From positions 64,001-128,000 of the IMG/VR virus record IMGVR_UViG_3300028423_000861: a stretch of 64,000 nucleotides of DNA. One strand, written 5' to 3'. The position numbers and the translations under genes were made by a program. The notes below the pieces were generated by a model. That model saw only the letters and a program-made list of their open reading frames with translations, was not told the origin of the DNA and did not search any database. Positions within the stretch are counted from its first letter, which is position 1, and each line of letters starts with the position of its first letter. Below, in pieces: positions 11,657 through 22,143 of the stretch. Source of the stretch: a virus.

Positions 11657-12331
11657 TTAGTGCAACAAATCAAAACGCCCCTTCATCACTTTGCTACATT
11701 TTGCAGATTTGCCAGTCTGGTGGTCTTTCACTTGGTCATCCTGAAAGCGATAGGTCCTTACCTTGTCTGCTCGCATACCGGTACCCGTTAATTCGCTACG
11801 TAGAGAGCTTGTCTCTGACAGAGATCGGGTTTCATAATAATCACGAACCCGACGTTCAAGTTCATTCCAAGCTTCCGTGTAACTCTGATTTCTTTTTCGG
11901 CACTGACTTGTCGTAACAATTCCAGTAGGTAAGTGTTTTATACGACATGAATTTTGATGGCGATTGCGGTGCTGGCCTCCTTTTCCTGTGCCACTAAACC
12001 ATTCAATGGTTACATCCTCCATCAAGACGTTCACGTCTTTCGCAGCTACCGTCGCACTGGGTAGAACCGCAACGGTGACAGTAGAGGTGTGAACTCTTCC
12101 TTTTCGTTCTGTTGGGGGTATTCGTTGAATACGGTGTCCGCCCGACTCCAACTTTAACTCTGCCTCCTCCGCATGAACTACAACCTTTGCTGTTCCATCT
12201 GACTGTTCTAGACTTTGCCACTTTCAACCTTGCTTTTCAAACCATTTGATATACGCATTCATGAGTTCACCCACGAAGATTTTTGCGTCATCACCGCCTT
12301 CACCGGCACGAATTTCTATTTGATATGGCAT
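11657..12331 (-). CDS. RF1-like peptide chain release factor lacking domain 1, with in-frame TGA at codon 36 (12224-12226)
   Basis: IEIRAGEGGDDA upstream of the TGA, in frame with ESGGHRIQRIPPT..GRVHTS, GGQ and RTY downstream; AGGAG upstream of the ATG at 12331. Confidence 0.85.
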
Positions 12332-12402
12332 ATCTTTTCTCCTGGTTTGATACGTTGATATTTATCAGCTGAATAAATACATTACAATCCAAAGGACATT
12401 CT

Positions 12403-13638
12403 ATGAAAACATTTATCGTCAGAGTTGACAATCCCACCGTTCGTGACACACTTGCCAATCATGGACAAGTTGGTGATCCACAAACACTCAAAAAGATTAT
12501 TATTTTTAAAACTGATCTAACACAAGATGAGGTAGCTGATCTTCCTGGAGTATTGGAGGTTGAAGAAGAAAGTCTTGATACCCCTTTTGATATTGACGCT
12601 TATCCGTATCGAATGGATGGCGATACATCTGAAGAATCCGTTAAACAAGAACGAGAAGTTCAAGTGCAGAGTCGTCCAAGGAGTTGGTTCCTTCCCAGTG
12701 CAAGCAATACTCAGCCAGATTATACCTATACAAGAACTGGTCGTGGGATAGCAATTTATATCATGGATTCGGGCGTTCGCTTAGACCATCGAGACTTTAA
12801 TGGACGCCATATAGAAACTGTTTTTACATATGATGGTCGTGATTATGGTGGTGACGTTCGTGGCGCTGAACACGGAACCATGTGTGCTAGCTGTGCGGCA
12901 GGTAATATTTACGGTATCGCAAAAGAAGCTTCTATTTTTAATGCTCGTTATAATTGGACAAGTTCTGAAGGTATCAAAGCACTTGATACTATACTTGCGC
13001 ATCACCGCACTCATAACATGCCAAGTGTTCTTAGCATGAGCTTTAGCTCATCTAGTAACATTTATGATCAAGCTCTCACAGAATTAGCACATGATGGTGT
13101 TGTTCTTGTATCATCTGCAGGAAATTATGACGAGTCACGTCCGCGTTTCCCTGCTGTTCGTGATGATGTCATCGCTGTTGCAGCCTGTAACGAAAACTTG
13201 TATCCTAGTCGTTGGGGAGGCACTACTCCTGGAACAAACTATGGCAAAGAGGTTGATATTTGGGCTGGTGGCTCGGGTGGTCGTGCAGCAAGCATGGCAT
13301 CTACAACGTCTGAACAAAGTGCTGGGGGGACAAGTTCAGCTTGCCCATTGATTGCAGGCACCGTGGCACTCGTTCTTGAAGACAGTCCTAAACTCAAAAG
13401 CTACGCAGATGTTCTCAATGCAAAAGATATTTTGATTAAAAATTCACGCAAAGGTGTTATCAAATACAACGACGCAAAATATAATGAAACACCAAATCGT
13501 TACATTTATACTCTGATTGACGATGAAATGCCTGAACCATTACCAGTTCCAAAATCCAAGGGTGGAAATATGAAAAAAGCAGCCCTTGTTATCGGGGCTG
13601 CTCTAATACTTGGTATTGTGATATTTGGTATTTTGTAA
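12403..13638 (+). CDS. S8 subtilisin-like serine protease with C-terminal membrane anchor
   Basis: DSG, HGT, SAGN, GTSSACP. Confidence 0.92.
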   Translation: MKTFIVRVDNPTVRDTLANHGQVGDPQTLKKIIIFKTDLTQDEVADLPGVLEVEEESLDTPFDIDAYPYRMDGDTSEESVKQEREVQVQSRPRSWFLPSASNTQPDYTYTRTGRGIAIYIMDSGVRLDHRDFNGRHIETVFTYDGRDYGGDVRGAEHGTMCASCAAGNIYGIAKEASIFNARYNWTSSEGIKALDTILAHHRTHNMPSVLSMSFSSSSNIYDQALTELAHDGVVLVSSAGNYDESRPRFPAVRDDVIAVAACNENLYPSRWGGTTPGTNYGKEVDIWAGGSGGRAASMASTTSEQSAGGTSSACPLIAGTVALVLEDSPKLKSYADVLNAKDILIKNSRKGVIKYNDAKYNETPNRYIYTLIDDEMPEPLPVPKSKGGNMKKAALVIGAALILGIVIFGIL

Positions 13639-14232
13639 TTATCCCCAACGCTCTTCTGGTGATGGCGGAGTTTTTCCTGTGAATGGATTAGGCTTCATGT
13701 AGTCATCACCAGGATCTGTTCCCATATTACCAATAGCATAGTCAGCCCAAATTTGGTCTAGATAATCGTGATAATCTTTTGCATCCAAATGCTTTTTTGC
13801 AGCGCGATCAAGCCAGTCGATTAGGTTATCCATTGGAACACCAATTTTACGAGCTCTTGGTGCTACGTAATCAAATGGGTCACCATCTGGAAAGGAATTA
13901 CTGACCCCGTCCTGAATCCATCTTGCTATTTTTTCTAGTGCTATATTCACTCTTTCGCGTTTTGCATCCTGACGACTTGTATCACGACGCTTGTTGACTT
14001 TCGCCTCAACGTCTTTCATGAAATCTTTACGAGCACGTTCACTACCGCGCATTTCAACTTGGTTACCGCCATGCTTTTTGATAGCTGCTGGAAGTTCACG
14101 TTTGGTAATTCCGTCCTTGTATTCACTATTAATTTTGTCAGCAACTTGTTGAACACGATCATCATATCCTTCAGTAATTGTATTTGCTTTTTCAATTGAT
14201 TCTAAAAGATTACGCATATATTCACTTGACAT
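13639..14232 (-). CDS. hypothetical, probable virion internal protein
   Basis: MRNLLESIE...ITE N-terminus, TAAATA upstream. Confidence 0.5.
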   Translation of the reverse strand: MSSEYMRNLLESIEKANTITEGYDDRVQQVADKINSEYKDGITKRELPAAIKKHGGNQVEMRGSERARKDFMKDVEAKVNKRRDTSRQDAKRERVNIALEKIARWIQDGVSNSFPDGDPFDYVAPRARKIGVPMDNLIDWLDRAAKKHLDAKDYHDYLDQIWADYAIGNMGTDPGDDYMKPNPFTGKTPPSPEERWG

Positions 14233-14314
14233 AGAGTTTCTCCATTTTCAATTATTTATGATTTAATTAGAGAAAAAGCGCCGTGTTTCCACGGCGCTTT
14301 CTAGTGTCATTGTA

Positions 14315-14908
14315 TTACTTGTTATGTCCAGGGGCGCTGCCGCTTTTTCCACGATTGCCGCCCTTGTCATTTCCCTTGCCCTTGCCTTTGCCTCCGTGCG
14401 CAGCGGATCCTTTGCCGCTGTTGCTGTCTCCATTTGCAGTGCCGTCGGTTTGGCCTCCGCCATGGTTTTCGGCATTGTTATTTGGGCCACTGTTACCAGG
14501 ACTATCCTGGTTTCCATTGCCCCAACCGTTATTTCCTTTTGGCCCACGGTCCTTGGGAGGATCTTTCGGATCTGGGTCTTTCGGATCGGGATCTTTCGGA
14601 TCTGGGTCTTTCGGATCGGGATTATCAGGATAATCAGGATCGCCAGGACTAACCGGAGTATCCAGGACTCCATCGCCATCACTATCAATCACAACAGTCC
14701 TGGATTTCTTACAAGGACCGTCAGTATACCAATAAATTAGATCTGGATGAACTAGCCAGTGTTTGCAACGAACAGTCACAGGCCCATCTGCACCATACGG
14801 CACAACTACTGGATCTTCAAGAGCTGGATTAAAATTACCAGCTGTGGCACTGCCGGTCATTGCTACAGAAGCACCAACAAGTGCAGTAACATAAAGCATT
14901 TTACGCAT
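14315..14908 (-). CDS. secreted low-complexity protein with (PDPKD)n and Gly/Asn-rich tail
   Basis: signal peptide; 15-bp tandem repeat at ~14558-14620. Confidence 0.7.
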   Translation of the reverse strand: MRKMLYVTALVGASVAMTGSATAGNFNPALEDPVVVPYGADGPVTVRCKHWLVHPDLIYWYTDGPCKKSRTVVIDSDGDGVLDTPVSPGDPDYPDNPDPKDPDPKDPDPKDPDPKDPPKDRGPKGNNGWGNGNQDSPGNSGPNNNAENHGGGQTDGTANGDSNSGKGSAAHGGKGKGKGNDKGGNRGKSGSAPGHNK

Positions 14909-14938
14909 GATATTTCCTTAAAGGTTAAAGTTTGTTTG

Positions 14939-15030
14939 TGGCGGACAGGGTGGGATTCGAACCCACGGTTGATGTCACCACCAACGCCGGTTTTCAAGAC
15001 CGGAGCATTCGACCGCTCTGCCACCTGTCC
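14939..15030 (-). tRNA. tRNA-Ser(UGA)
   Basis: CCGGT-CTTGAAA-ACCGG, long V-arm, GCCA. Confidence 0.93.
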
Positions 15031-15057
15031 AATTTACTATTTTAAGTATATACTGTT

Positions 15058-15786
15058 TTATTCTGGATTGTCAACCTGTTTTTTTAATTTTGTGTTGATT
15101 TCATCTTGATTTAGTCGATACAAATATGCACCACCATCTTCGTGATTCGACAAATCATCTAAAAACTCAGATTCACTTTCAAACCTGAATTTATTAAGGT
15201 CTTTTTCATCATCAAACACAACATATATTCTATCATCACTGTTGCTTGCGACTGTGTGATAAAATATCATTTTCCATTCATTTTCAAACAAGTAATCAAC
15301 CATGGCTATTGTCAGTTCAACGGTTGATTGGCTAATGTCATAAAGCGAGTCGCTAACAGAATAATTTGAGAAGAATGGAAGATGGAACGCTAGAAGACCA
15401 TCAATACTAATATCCTTACTAGATAATGCTAGATATGCACATGCGCTAATGCAAGCATCTCCAGCTCTAATTTTTATTGGTATTCCATATTTGCTAATTG
15501 ATTTGGCAGGGTCACGAATTTCTACCATATTTCCACCAGGAGATGCAAGTTCTATGTGATTTAAACTCTTATGATATTTTGTAATAAATGAATCCAACGC
15601 ATATCCAGACATATATCCAATTTGACCTGAATAGCGAATAAACGTTGTTTGGTCGTCGATTTGGTATACAACAATCTGATAGGAATTCGGCATAACAATT
15701 TGTTCGATTATTTCTGGTTCATTTGCTTTTGAAATGCCAGAAGCAAATAATAGAAACAACGTAATATAGATGATGTTAATTCGCAT
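15058..15786 (-). CDS. secreted ClpP/crotonase-like fold protein
   Basis: signal peptide, LASPGG, CISAC, AFH. Confidence 0.55.
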   Translation of the reverse strand: MRINIIYITLFLLFASGISKANEPEIIEQIVMPNSYQIVVYQIDDQTTFIRYSGQIGYMSGYALDSFITKYHKSLNHIELASPGGNMVEIRDPAKSISKYGIPIKIRAGDACISACAYLALSSKDISIDGLLAFHLPFFSNYSVSDSLYDISQSTVELTIAMVDYLFENEWKMIFYHTVASNSDDRIYVVFDDEKDLNKFRFESESEFLDDLSNHEDGGAYLYRLNQDEINTKLKKQVDNPE

Positions 15787-15819
15787 ACAACTATTTATAA
15801 TATCAAAATATGGGTTTTA

Positions 15820-16025
15820 AATTCAGGCCTTCCACCTGATTGCCGGGTTTGGTGTGTATGCGCCCACACAGGTCTGATGCTGTTACCAGCTTGGTAGCCT
15901 AAAACCGGACTATTGCGTCAGAGTCTTGACCGCCCTCTAATAACTAGGAATTATGCACATGTGCGCCTAGCCGTTTCTAACAGGGTTGGCATTCGGGCTC
16001 TGAGGCTCAATGCAAATTTCAGAGT
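15820..16025 (-). ncRNA. unclassified structured RNA downstream of ectA
   Basis: intergenic, GC-richer; hairpins GCTG-GTAA-CAGC, GTGTG/CACAC, TCAGG/CCTGA. Confidence 0.45.
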
Positions 16026-16029
16026 GTTA

Positions 16030-16524
16030 TTAATCCTGTTCTTCTTCACTAAAGTAACGTTCGTGGTCGATGGGTCCTACTTTGATCATTTCTTCTGATC
16101 CATGATCGTCTGGAAAATGATCTTCTTCGAATCCATCTGTCTTCCAGAACTTGGTGTCAAACTTGTCAGCAAGACTTTCAAACAGACCAAAGCTCGCCTC
16201 ATTGACTTCTTCAATTGTTGCCTGCACATAATGAGAGCCAGTATCTTCAATCAGATGATACAGCATTTTTTGTGCAAGCTTTTCCTTGCGGTATTCTGGC
16301 TGCACAGCAATCTGCCATACAAAGAGTGTATCTGGTGCTTTCTTGAATTCGAATCCAGTGACAAAGGCAACAATTTCACCACCATCTTCTACAACCATAC
16401 ACGTTTCCGAAAACAATTCAGCCATCATGAGATAGCTATAGCTTGAATTGAGATCAAGGCTGGTTTCTTTGGCGATGCGCCACATTTCACCAGCATCTTC
16501 AATAGTCGGATGTCTAAAATCCAT
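16030..16524 (-). CDS. ectA: L-2,4-diaminobutyrate acetyltransferase
   Basis: LDLNSSYSY, FSETC, PDTLFVWQIAV, N.AS..LF, HFPD.H..E. Confidence 0.9.
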   Translation of the reverse strand: MDFRHPTIEDAGEMWRIAKETSLDLNSSYSYLMMAELFSETCMVVEDGGEIVAFVTGFEFKKAPDTLFVWQIAVQPEYRKEKLAQKMLYHLIEDTGSHYVQATIEEVNEASFGLFESLADKFDTKFWKTDGFEEDHFPDDHGSEEMIKVGPIDHERYFSEEEQD

Positions 16525-17076
16525 TAGTCTTCTATCTCCAAGTTTTCATGAAGTTTATCCATTACCTTTTGCCACCTTGTTCTTCGAGCGTGCTCGGTAA
16601 GATAGAACCGGTGACAAATTTCATAGACAACAGGGCCTTTAAAATCTTCGGGATTGTCAATATGCGCGCCAATAAAATTTTCATTACGCGGACAATATGT
16701 AGATTGGAACCATCTACAAATATAGCAGTTATCATATTCAGTTGGTTCAACAGTTGGAAAAGTTCTATTCACCAAAATCCAAACCTCGTTCTGTTTTTTC
16801 TCTGGTATCACTGGTTCCATCTAGCTTGCGCATAGTTAATATTTGCAAAGCTTCGTCTGCTTGTTCATCAGGAGTCCATTCATCACAAGCACTCATTGAA
16901 CTCCAGGGATGACAGTTGTATTTGTCCCCAGGCTCTGGTGCTTTAGGACAATCATACGTTTGAAACTTTATACAGTGACGACAGATCCGTGTCGACAAAA
17001 ACATGAGTTCATAATCGCGTTTATCATTTAGATCCATTGTATTAGTATATATGATCAATTTTGGAAGGTCAATCAT

Positions 17077-17103
17077 AAAAAAACCCTGCACGATTGGCAG
17101 GGC
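17077..17103 (-). terminator. intrinsic terminator ending the giant RNA unit
   Basis: CCCTGC-CAATCGT-GCAGGG-TTTTTT. Confidence 0.75.
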
Positions 17104-17117
17104 ATTTGTGTTGAAAA

Positions 17118-17370
17118 TTAGCAGACCATATTTCGAATTGCCCTATCCGGCCAGCACAAGTTGCTATCTTGTGCCTGGGCATGGCGGGTAACAAGTGTCT
17201 TCTGACAACCTTTATTAGCTAGATAAAAGTTATGCCTGTCAGTGCTAACCATCCGGGACAATAATAAATTTTCGACGCATTGGCCCCCTCCCGCCATGTC
17301 GTCCGACACGCTCCAAATGATCCCCAGCCCTCAGGCGGTCACCAAGTGTGGCGCTGTCTTTCCTGTGTTG
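17118..17370 (-). ncRNA. structured 3' trailer of the giant RNA precursor
   Basis: local stems CATGGCGGG/CCCGCCATG and GCACAAG/CTTGTGC; three segments complementary to 19310-19377. Confidence 0.65.
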
Positions 17371-17371
17371 G

Positions 17372-18115
17372 TTATTTTCTTCCCCGAACCCAACCATTCG
17401 GTATATCACTATCTTTCTGTATTCGTTTATTTTTAACACCATCTGTTATCCAAACAGAGCCATACGAATAATTATTTGCACCAGTCATTGCGTTCGAAAT
17501 TTTTTGCTTTGTTTCAGTAGACAATTTATTGCCTTTTCTTGATTCACTCATCTTTTGTCGGGTTGCAGTCGATTTCTTTTTACCTACCAACGCTTCTGAC
17601 AATTTCTTACGATGCTCTTGAGTAATAACCCTTGGCTTTGGCTTCACTGATTTGTTATAGTATGGAATTCCTTGGCATCTTTTTGACATATAATGTTGCT
17701 CAAATGCCGAAACACTTATCTCATTCTGACATTTTAAGCAACATATTCTGTTATGCTTTTTTCCTTTAAATCCTGATGGTCGTTGTTTAGCTTTTTTACT
17801 TATTTTATCTCGAACTTCTGTAGTAAACAAGATTCCTGTATTAATTGAATTATTGTAAAAGGTATTTCCTTCAAATATTTCTTTTTTGTGTTCAGTTAAT
17901 AACTGTCTTTCTAAATTTATTGCTTCATAAGCATTGTCAAAGACTTGAATGATCTCACGTTTCCATTTAATATCAGGATCTTTCCAGTCTTTCCAAAATT
18001 CCTCTGAGCTACTTGATGAAATATATCCATCGTCAGTAGTTCCTTTGTGATACCCTATATATCGTTTGCCTAGTGTATTAGACCATTCATACACAAAATA
18101 TTCAACACGTTTCAT
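17372..18115 (-). CDS. GIY-YIG homing endonuclease with NUMOD3-like repeats
   Basis: FVYEW..YIGYH..DDGYISSS, E..LL, FYN; ETKQKIS-type repeats. Confidence 0.85.
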   Translation of the reverse strand: MKRVEYFVYEWSNTLGKRYIGYHKGTTDDGYISSSSSEEFWKDWKDPDIKWKREIIQVFDNAYEAINLERQLLTEHKKEIFEGNTFYNNSINTGILFTTEVRDKISKKAKQRPSGFKGKKHNRICCLKCQNEISVSAFEQHYMSKRCQGIPYYNKSVKPKPRVITQEHRKKLSEALVGKKKSTATRQKMSESRKGNKLSTETKQKISNAMTGANNYSYGSVWITDGVKNKRIQKDSDIPNGWVRGRK

Positions 18116-18162
18116 AAATAAGCCTTTTAACTGTATACTTATTTATGTTAATAAGATGGAAA

Positions 18163-19040
18163 TAGTGAGATTACCTAAATTTCCGCGGTTGCCTTTGGAC
18201 CGTACCGTAAACCTTGCGAGTCTACGTTAATCCGTTATCCACTAAGCGCCTTTCAGCTGACTTAGTATCAACCAGTGCTGCCTAGTTTAAAGTGGTGGCA
18301 TTTCCACTATCGTTACACGCTACTCGTCCTTTGATCTTCCGCCTGCCTTGCGAGCAGTTCAGAGTCGCTAAACCCTTACGTCTTCTCTCCGAACAAACAC
18401 TTCCGCCTTGCGAGCTTCCATGCACGACATTCACCGTAGTGTGTCGTATTAAGCACCTTTAACGTGCAACTGAGGCAGTCTTTGCGTTTTTGCTATAATG
18501 CATCTGCAGGATTTGAACCCACACATTCAGTTCCTAAAGACTGACGCTCTACCATTGAGCTAAGTTGCTAACCTACCAAGACGTGCTGCCTCTTGTTGCT
18601 TCGCATCCTTTTGGGAAACGAAATACAACACGCCTAAATGCCTTTCTCCTTGCGGGATACTAAACGTCTTTTCAAGTATCCAGCTACCTCACTAGTCGGT
18701 AACTCTCAACTTTAAAGATAACAAGTTGCCCTCCTGCGCGAACAGTCGGACTATTTGTTTACCCGTTAACATTCTGTCTTCGCTAGATTGGAGTGCATAG
18801 CTTTGGCTCCCACCAAATTGTAACCTCGCCGGTTGGCCCTGGTTACTATCCTTTCGGGCATTTGCTCTAGCTTAGGACTTACCTCGCTCTTCACAAGGGG
18901 TGCGCTACGGCTTATAGGAATACATCCGTCTGCCACCTAGTCCGGGCTTGCGTAAATGGACCATTGCTGGCGCAAGTGCGTAGGCTTCCTTGCTTTGGCA
19001 GTGTTACCACTGTTATCCTCCTGGACGTCACGCCGCCCAT
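18163..19040 (-). ncRNA. GOLLD-like giant structured RNA
   Basis: ~880 nt without a long ORF; repeated CTCGCAAGG loops; GTGTTGTATTTCG..CCAAAAGG..GAAGCAAC, AAAGGTGCTTAA and 3' GTAATCTCA, recognised from memory of GOLLD; 5' end uncertain. Confidence 0.75.
18500..18568 (-). ncRNA. degenerate tRNA-like domain embedded in the giant RNA
   Basis: TAGCTCAATGGTAGAGC D-arm, TCAGT/ACTGA stem with 8-nt loop, GGTTCAAATCC, no CCA. Confidence 0.7.
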
Positions 19041-19375
19041 GTTCTTGTCTTAGATGATGAGTGTGCAGACATGTTGGGATTTAACCAACGAGTCGATTGC
19101 CTGGACATTTGTGTAAGCAAAGGGAAAGGAAATTGACAATCAACACCATCACCTTTGTCTGCACACACGACATCTAAGACCATTTTACAATAATCGGCTT
19201 CTATGTTTTTATATACACACCACTCGCATTTTGATATTATCTCAACGTTTTGACTGCATGGATCTTCCATCGCGGCGCAGGAAATTTCCTTTCAGGCCCG
19301 ACGCAGCGGATTGTCCCGCGATTCCATGACCAGGCAGTGTGCATGTAAAAACATAGTTGCCTATGTTGGTCTGCT

Positions 19376-19448
19376 AAATTTTTAAAGAGCGTGTTGAGCT
19401 TTGCTCAACTTGTTTTACCAATATAGTGGTTTTATTTATGTTCGTCAA
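19376..19448 (-). promoter_or_regulatory. promoter, boxB-like hairpin and boxA antitermination site
   Basis: TTGACG-17-TATATT, GTTGAGC-AAA-GCTCAAC, CGCTCTTTAAAAATTT. Confidence 0.7.
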
Positions 19449-19828
19449 CCACTTTTTTCAACTTTTTTAGTTAAGCTTGCGATTTTTGCTTTCGCCAGTC
19501 AGCTTTTCGAAAAAGAGCCCGACAAGCTCTTCATCACTCATTTCTTCAACAACATCTTCATCAAGATGGCTGAGGTCTTCAAGCATTTCGTTCAACGCTT
19601 GGAGTTCACGATCAGACATGTCATCCGGATCCAGCTTGTAAGGTTCAGCCTTTTCAAGGAGCGAACCATCATTGGCCATTTGTTCAAGCTCTGCAATGAA
19701 CTCGTCAAGTTCTTCCTGGGTGCCATCAAATTCATCAAGAGCACCCGGTGCAAACGTAATCTTTATTTTATCTTCTTTGTCATCTGTCATTGTTTAATCA
19801 ATCTATACAAAAATCTCTAAAGAGTCAA

Positions 19829-20287
19829 TTATTGTGTTTTATCCAAGACGTTTTGATTATTTTGGATATTCCATGCAGGTTGGATATAATTGATGAGGAA
19901 ATTTTCTTCAACATCAATTAAACTCATCGTCTGAGACACGGCCCCAGAAAACAAATCAATATGTCTGACCTCACTGTTACAACCATAAATCATCACTCGA
20001 TCGTTTTCAAGGGTTTCGCGCAATTTATAGGCTTTGGTAATACCTGTAACGCTGTTGCCGCGCCACCCACCACGATGTTGTTTAAACCTCTGCTCAAGTC
20101 CTTTTCCGGCCTTGCCCACATAAATTACTTCATCATGGGCTACCCAAAGATAAACCTGTGGAATCTTTTGTTTGAATTTGTCTTCTTGGATAACAAAATC
20201 AACAAGATCTCGATCATTGATAAAGATTTCACCAGCATATTCAAAATATAATTTTTTTATTATTTCAGAAGCAGATTTTTGATTCAT
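19829..20287 (-). CDS. GIY-YIG nuclease family protein
   Basis: VYLW...IYVGKA...RFKQH...EE...PAWN. Confidence 0.75.
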   Translation of the reverse strand: MNQKSASEIIKKLYFEYAGEIFINDRDLVDFVIQEDKFKQKIPQVYLWVAHDEVIYVGKAGKGLEQRFKQHRGGWRGNSVTGITKAYKLRETLENDRVMIYGCNSEVRHIDLFSGAVSQTMSLIDVEENFLINYIQPAWNIQNNQNVLDKTQ

Positions 20288-21124
20288 TTGTTTTTCAGTT
20301 TAACAACAGGAAAACTCCAACCCCGGCTGGGATTTTCGTTCATGCCAACAGCATAACCATTAGCCAATTCAACCCAGTAGTGAACATTCTTTTGCGGTCC
20401 AGGCCATGCCCGGGCATCGCCGCCAAAGAAGTTATACTGATTAATTACTTCAACATCAGCATATTTAAACGCCCGGCAATTACTATGCTCGGTGGAAAAT
20501 TCATGCGGCATGATATCAGCAAGAGTGGACATTTCAGGTTCCATTTTAGTCATAGTAGCGTTCTTCAAGGACTTCGCTCGTCTTCATATCAACAACAAGT
20601 CGAACACATGAAAAATCATAATCTTTAAAACGGAAAATAGCGCCGCCACCGATGCCCCAAAGATCACCACCAATGCCATACGGCGTGCTGGTTTTAAAAC
20701 TGTTTTCAATGTCTGAGGAGATATCACGCTGCATCACTTCGCACTCGTATGGGCTAGTCAAGGGGCCGACACGAGTTACTTCTTCTCCATTGAGTGAAAT
20801 GGCAACGAAAAAGGCAACTGTGGTCTTGAGCATTAGTATCTCCTTTGCTTACATTATCAATATAAGCAATATGCCTTGGTTTGTCAAGTGATTTCTAGGA
20901 TTGTTGTATTTTTCCTGTAATTTTTTTGGTTTCTGGTTCTGTCGTGTTTTTCCTGTGGATTTTTCTAGCATCCTTTAGCTGACCTATTGCAAAATCCAAG
21001 AGGTAACCACTTTGGTCAAGTCCTCTAGTAAAGTCTTCCTCATACAGCCGCAAATTAACTCTTGCAGCATTAATCAGATCAATAACATCGTCATCATTCT
21101 TAGGAATACTAAATTTGCCCATGA

Positions 21125-21664
21125 TTATACCTCAATTTCTGGAAATCTGCTGCGAACTTCTTCAAATTCAATCGGGCCGCAGTCTGTATGCTCGATTGAA
21201 ACGTTTTCGTATCTAGTATCACGCTCATCATTAGGCAGTCTGACCAAATTACTGTGTGTATGGCCGTGAATAATGCCGCGACACCAGACCGGAATACTTT
21301 CGGGATGCAATGGATAATGTGAGAGAATAACGTCGGCTAGCTTGTGTGTCCCGCGAATATCATCAAAATATTCAGCATAGTCTTTCATTTTAAAAATGTC
21401 GTGATTGCCCCTAATCAAGACCTTTCTTCCGTGCAATCCTTCCATGCATTTGAGGCCGCGGCGGGGGATCGCAACATCGCCAAGATGATACACCTTGTCT
21501 CCAGGCCTTACACGGGCATTCCAGGTCTCTTGCATGATCTCGTCGCCTTCTCGGGCTGATTGAGCCCAGGGGCGGATTGGTTCTCCAGTTCGAGAATCTA
21601 CAAATTTAGTATAGCAGCTTTCATGACCAAAATGCGTGTCACTTATTAACCAGGTCTTTGTCAT
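21125..21664 (-). CDS. calcineurin-like metallophosphoesterase
   Basis: SDTHFGH, LGD, GNHD, SHYP, HGHTH. Confidence 0.92.
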   Translation of the reverse strand: MTKTWLISDTHFGHESCYTKFVDSRTGEPIRPWAQSAREGDEIMQETWNARVRPGDKVYHLGDVAIPRRGLKCMEGLHGRKVLIRGNHDIFKMKDYAEYFDDIRGTHKLADVILSHYPLHPESIPVWCRGIIHGHTHSNLVRLPNDERDTRYENVSIEHTDCGPIEFEEVRSRFPEIEV

Positions 21665-22143
21665 AATAATCGATCTTTATCCCAAATTTTTCAAAATTTT
21701 CATGAACATGCTTGTTATGAATCCACTTGTGATCTGGTGCCCCGTATATAGTTCTTCGGTCTGAACCGCGTATCTTGAGAATTTCTCTAAACCTGTGCGA
21801 GTATCTTTCTTTGAATTGCAAGCGGGGATTATTTTTATAATGATGGCGTTCTTTATATGGAATATTCGAATCGACAGGCAACCATATTTTGTTATGGACA
21901 TTGCATTCAGAACATATGAATTCTGATTCTTCACATTCATAATGATAGTCACCCTCGGTGCAGCCACGAGGAGGTTCATATAGAAGTTCTTGAATGTAGA
22001 CTAGATCACAAATCTGAAGAATTTCACCACAGTGAGCACACGGAATTGTTTGTTGGCCCATCGTCTTGTTTTTTTCTTCTATTAGAAAATCTAAAACAAG
22101 ACGATGCTCTTGTATTTTTGATTCAAGCTGATCTAGTTGCTCT

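Noticed and set aside
14558-14620. CRISPR-like repeat
   Set aside because: Spacerless 15-bp coding repeat (PDPKD); no CRISPR array or cas gene seen in the window
19028-19270. 80-aa ORF in the giant RNA leader
   Set aside because: No clear RBS; lies on a long RNA stem (19047-19180)
17118-19377. Group I or II intron carrying the endonuclease
   Set aside because: No interrupted host gene and no recognisable P7 or domain V motifs
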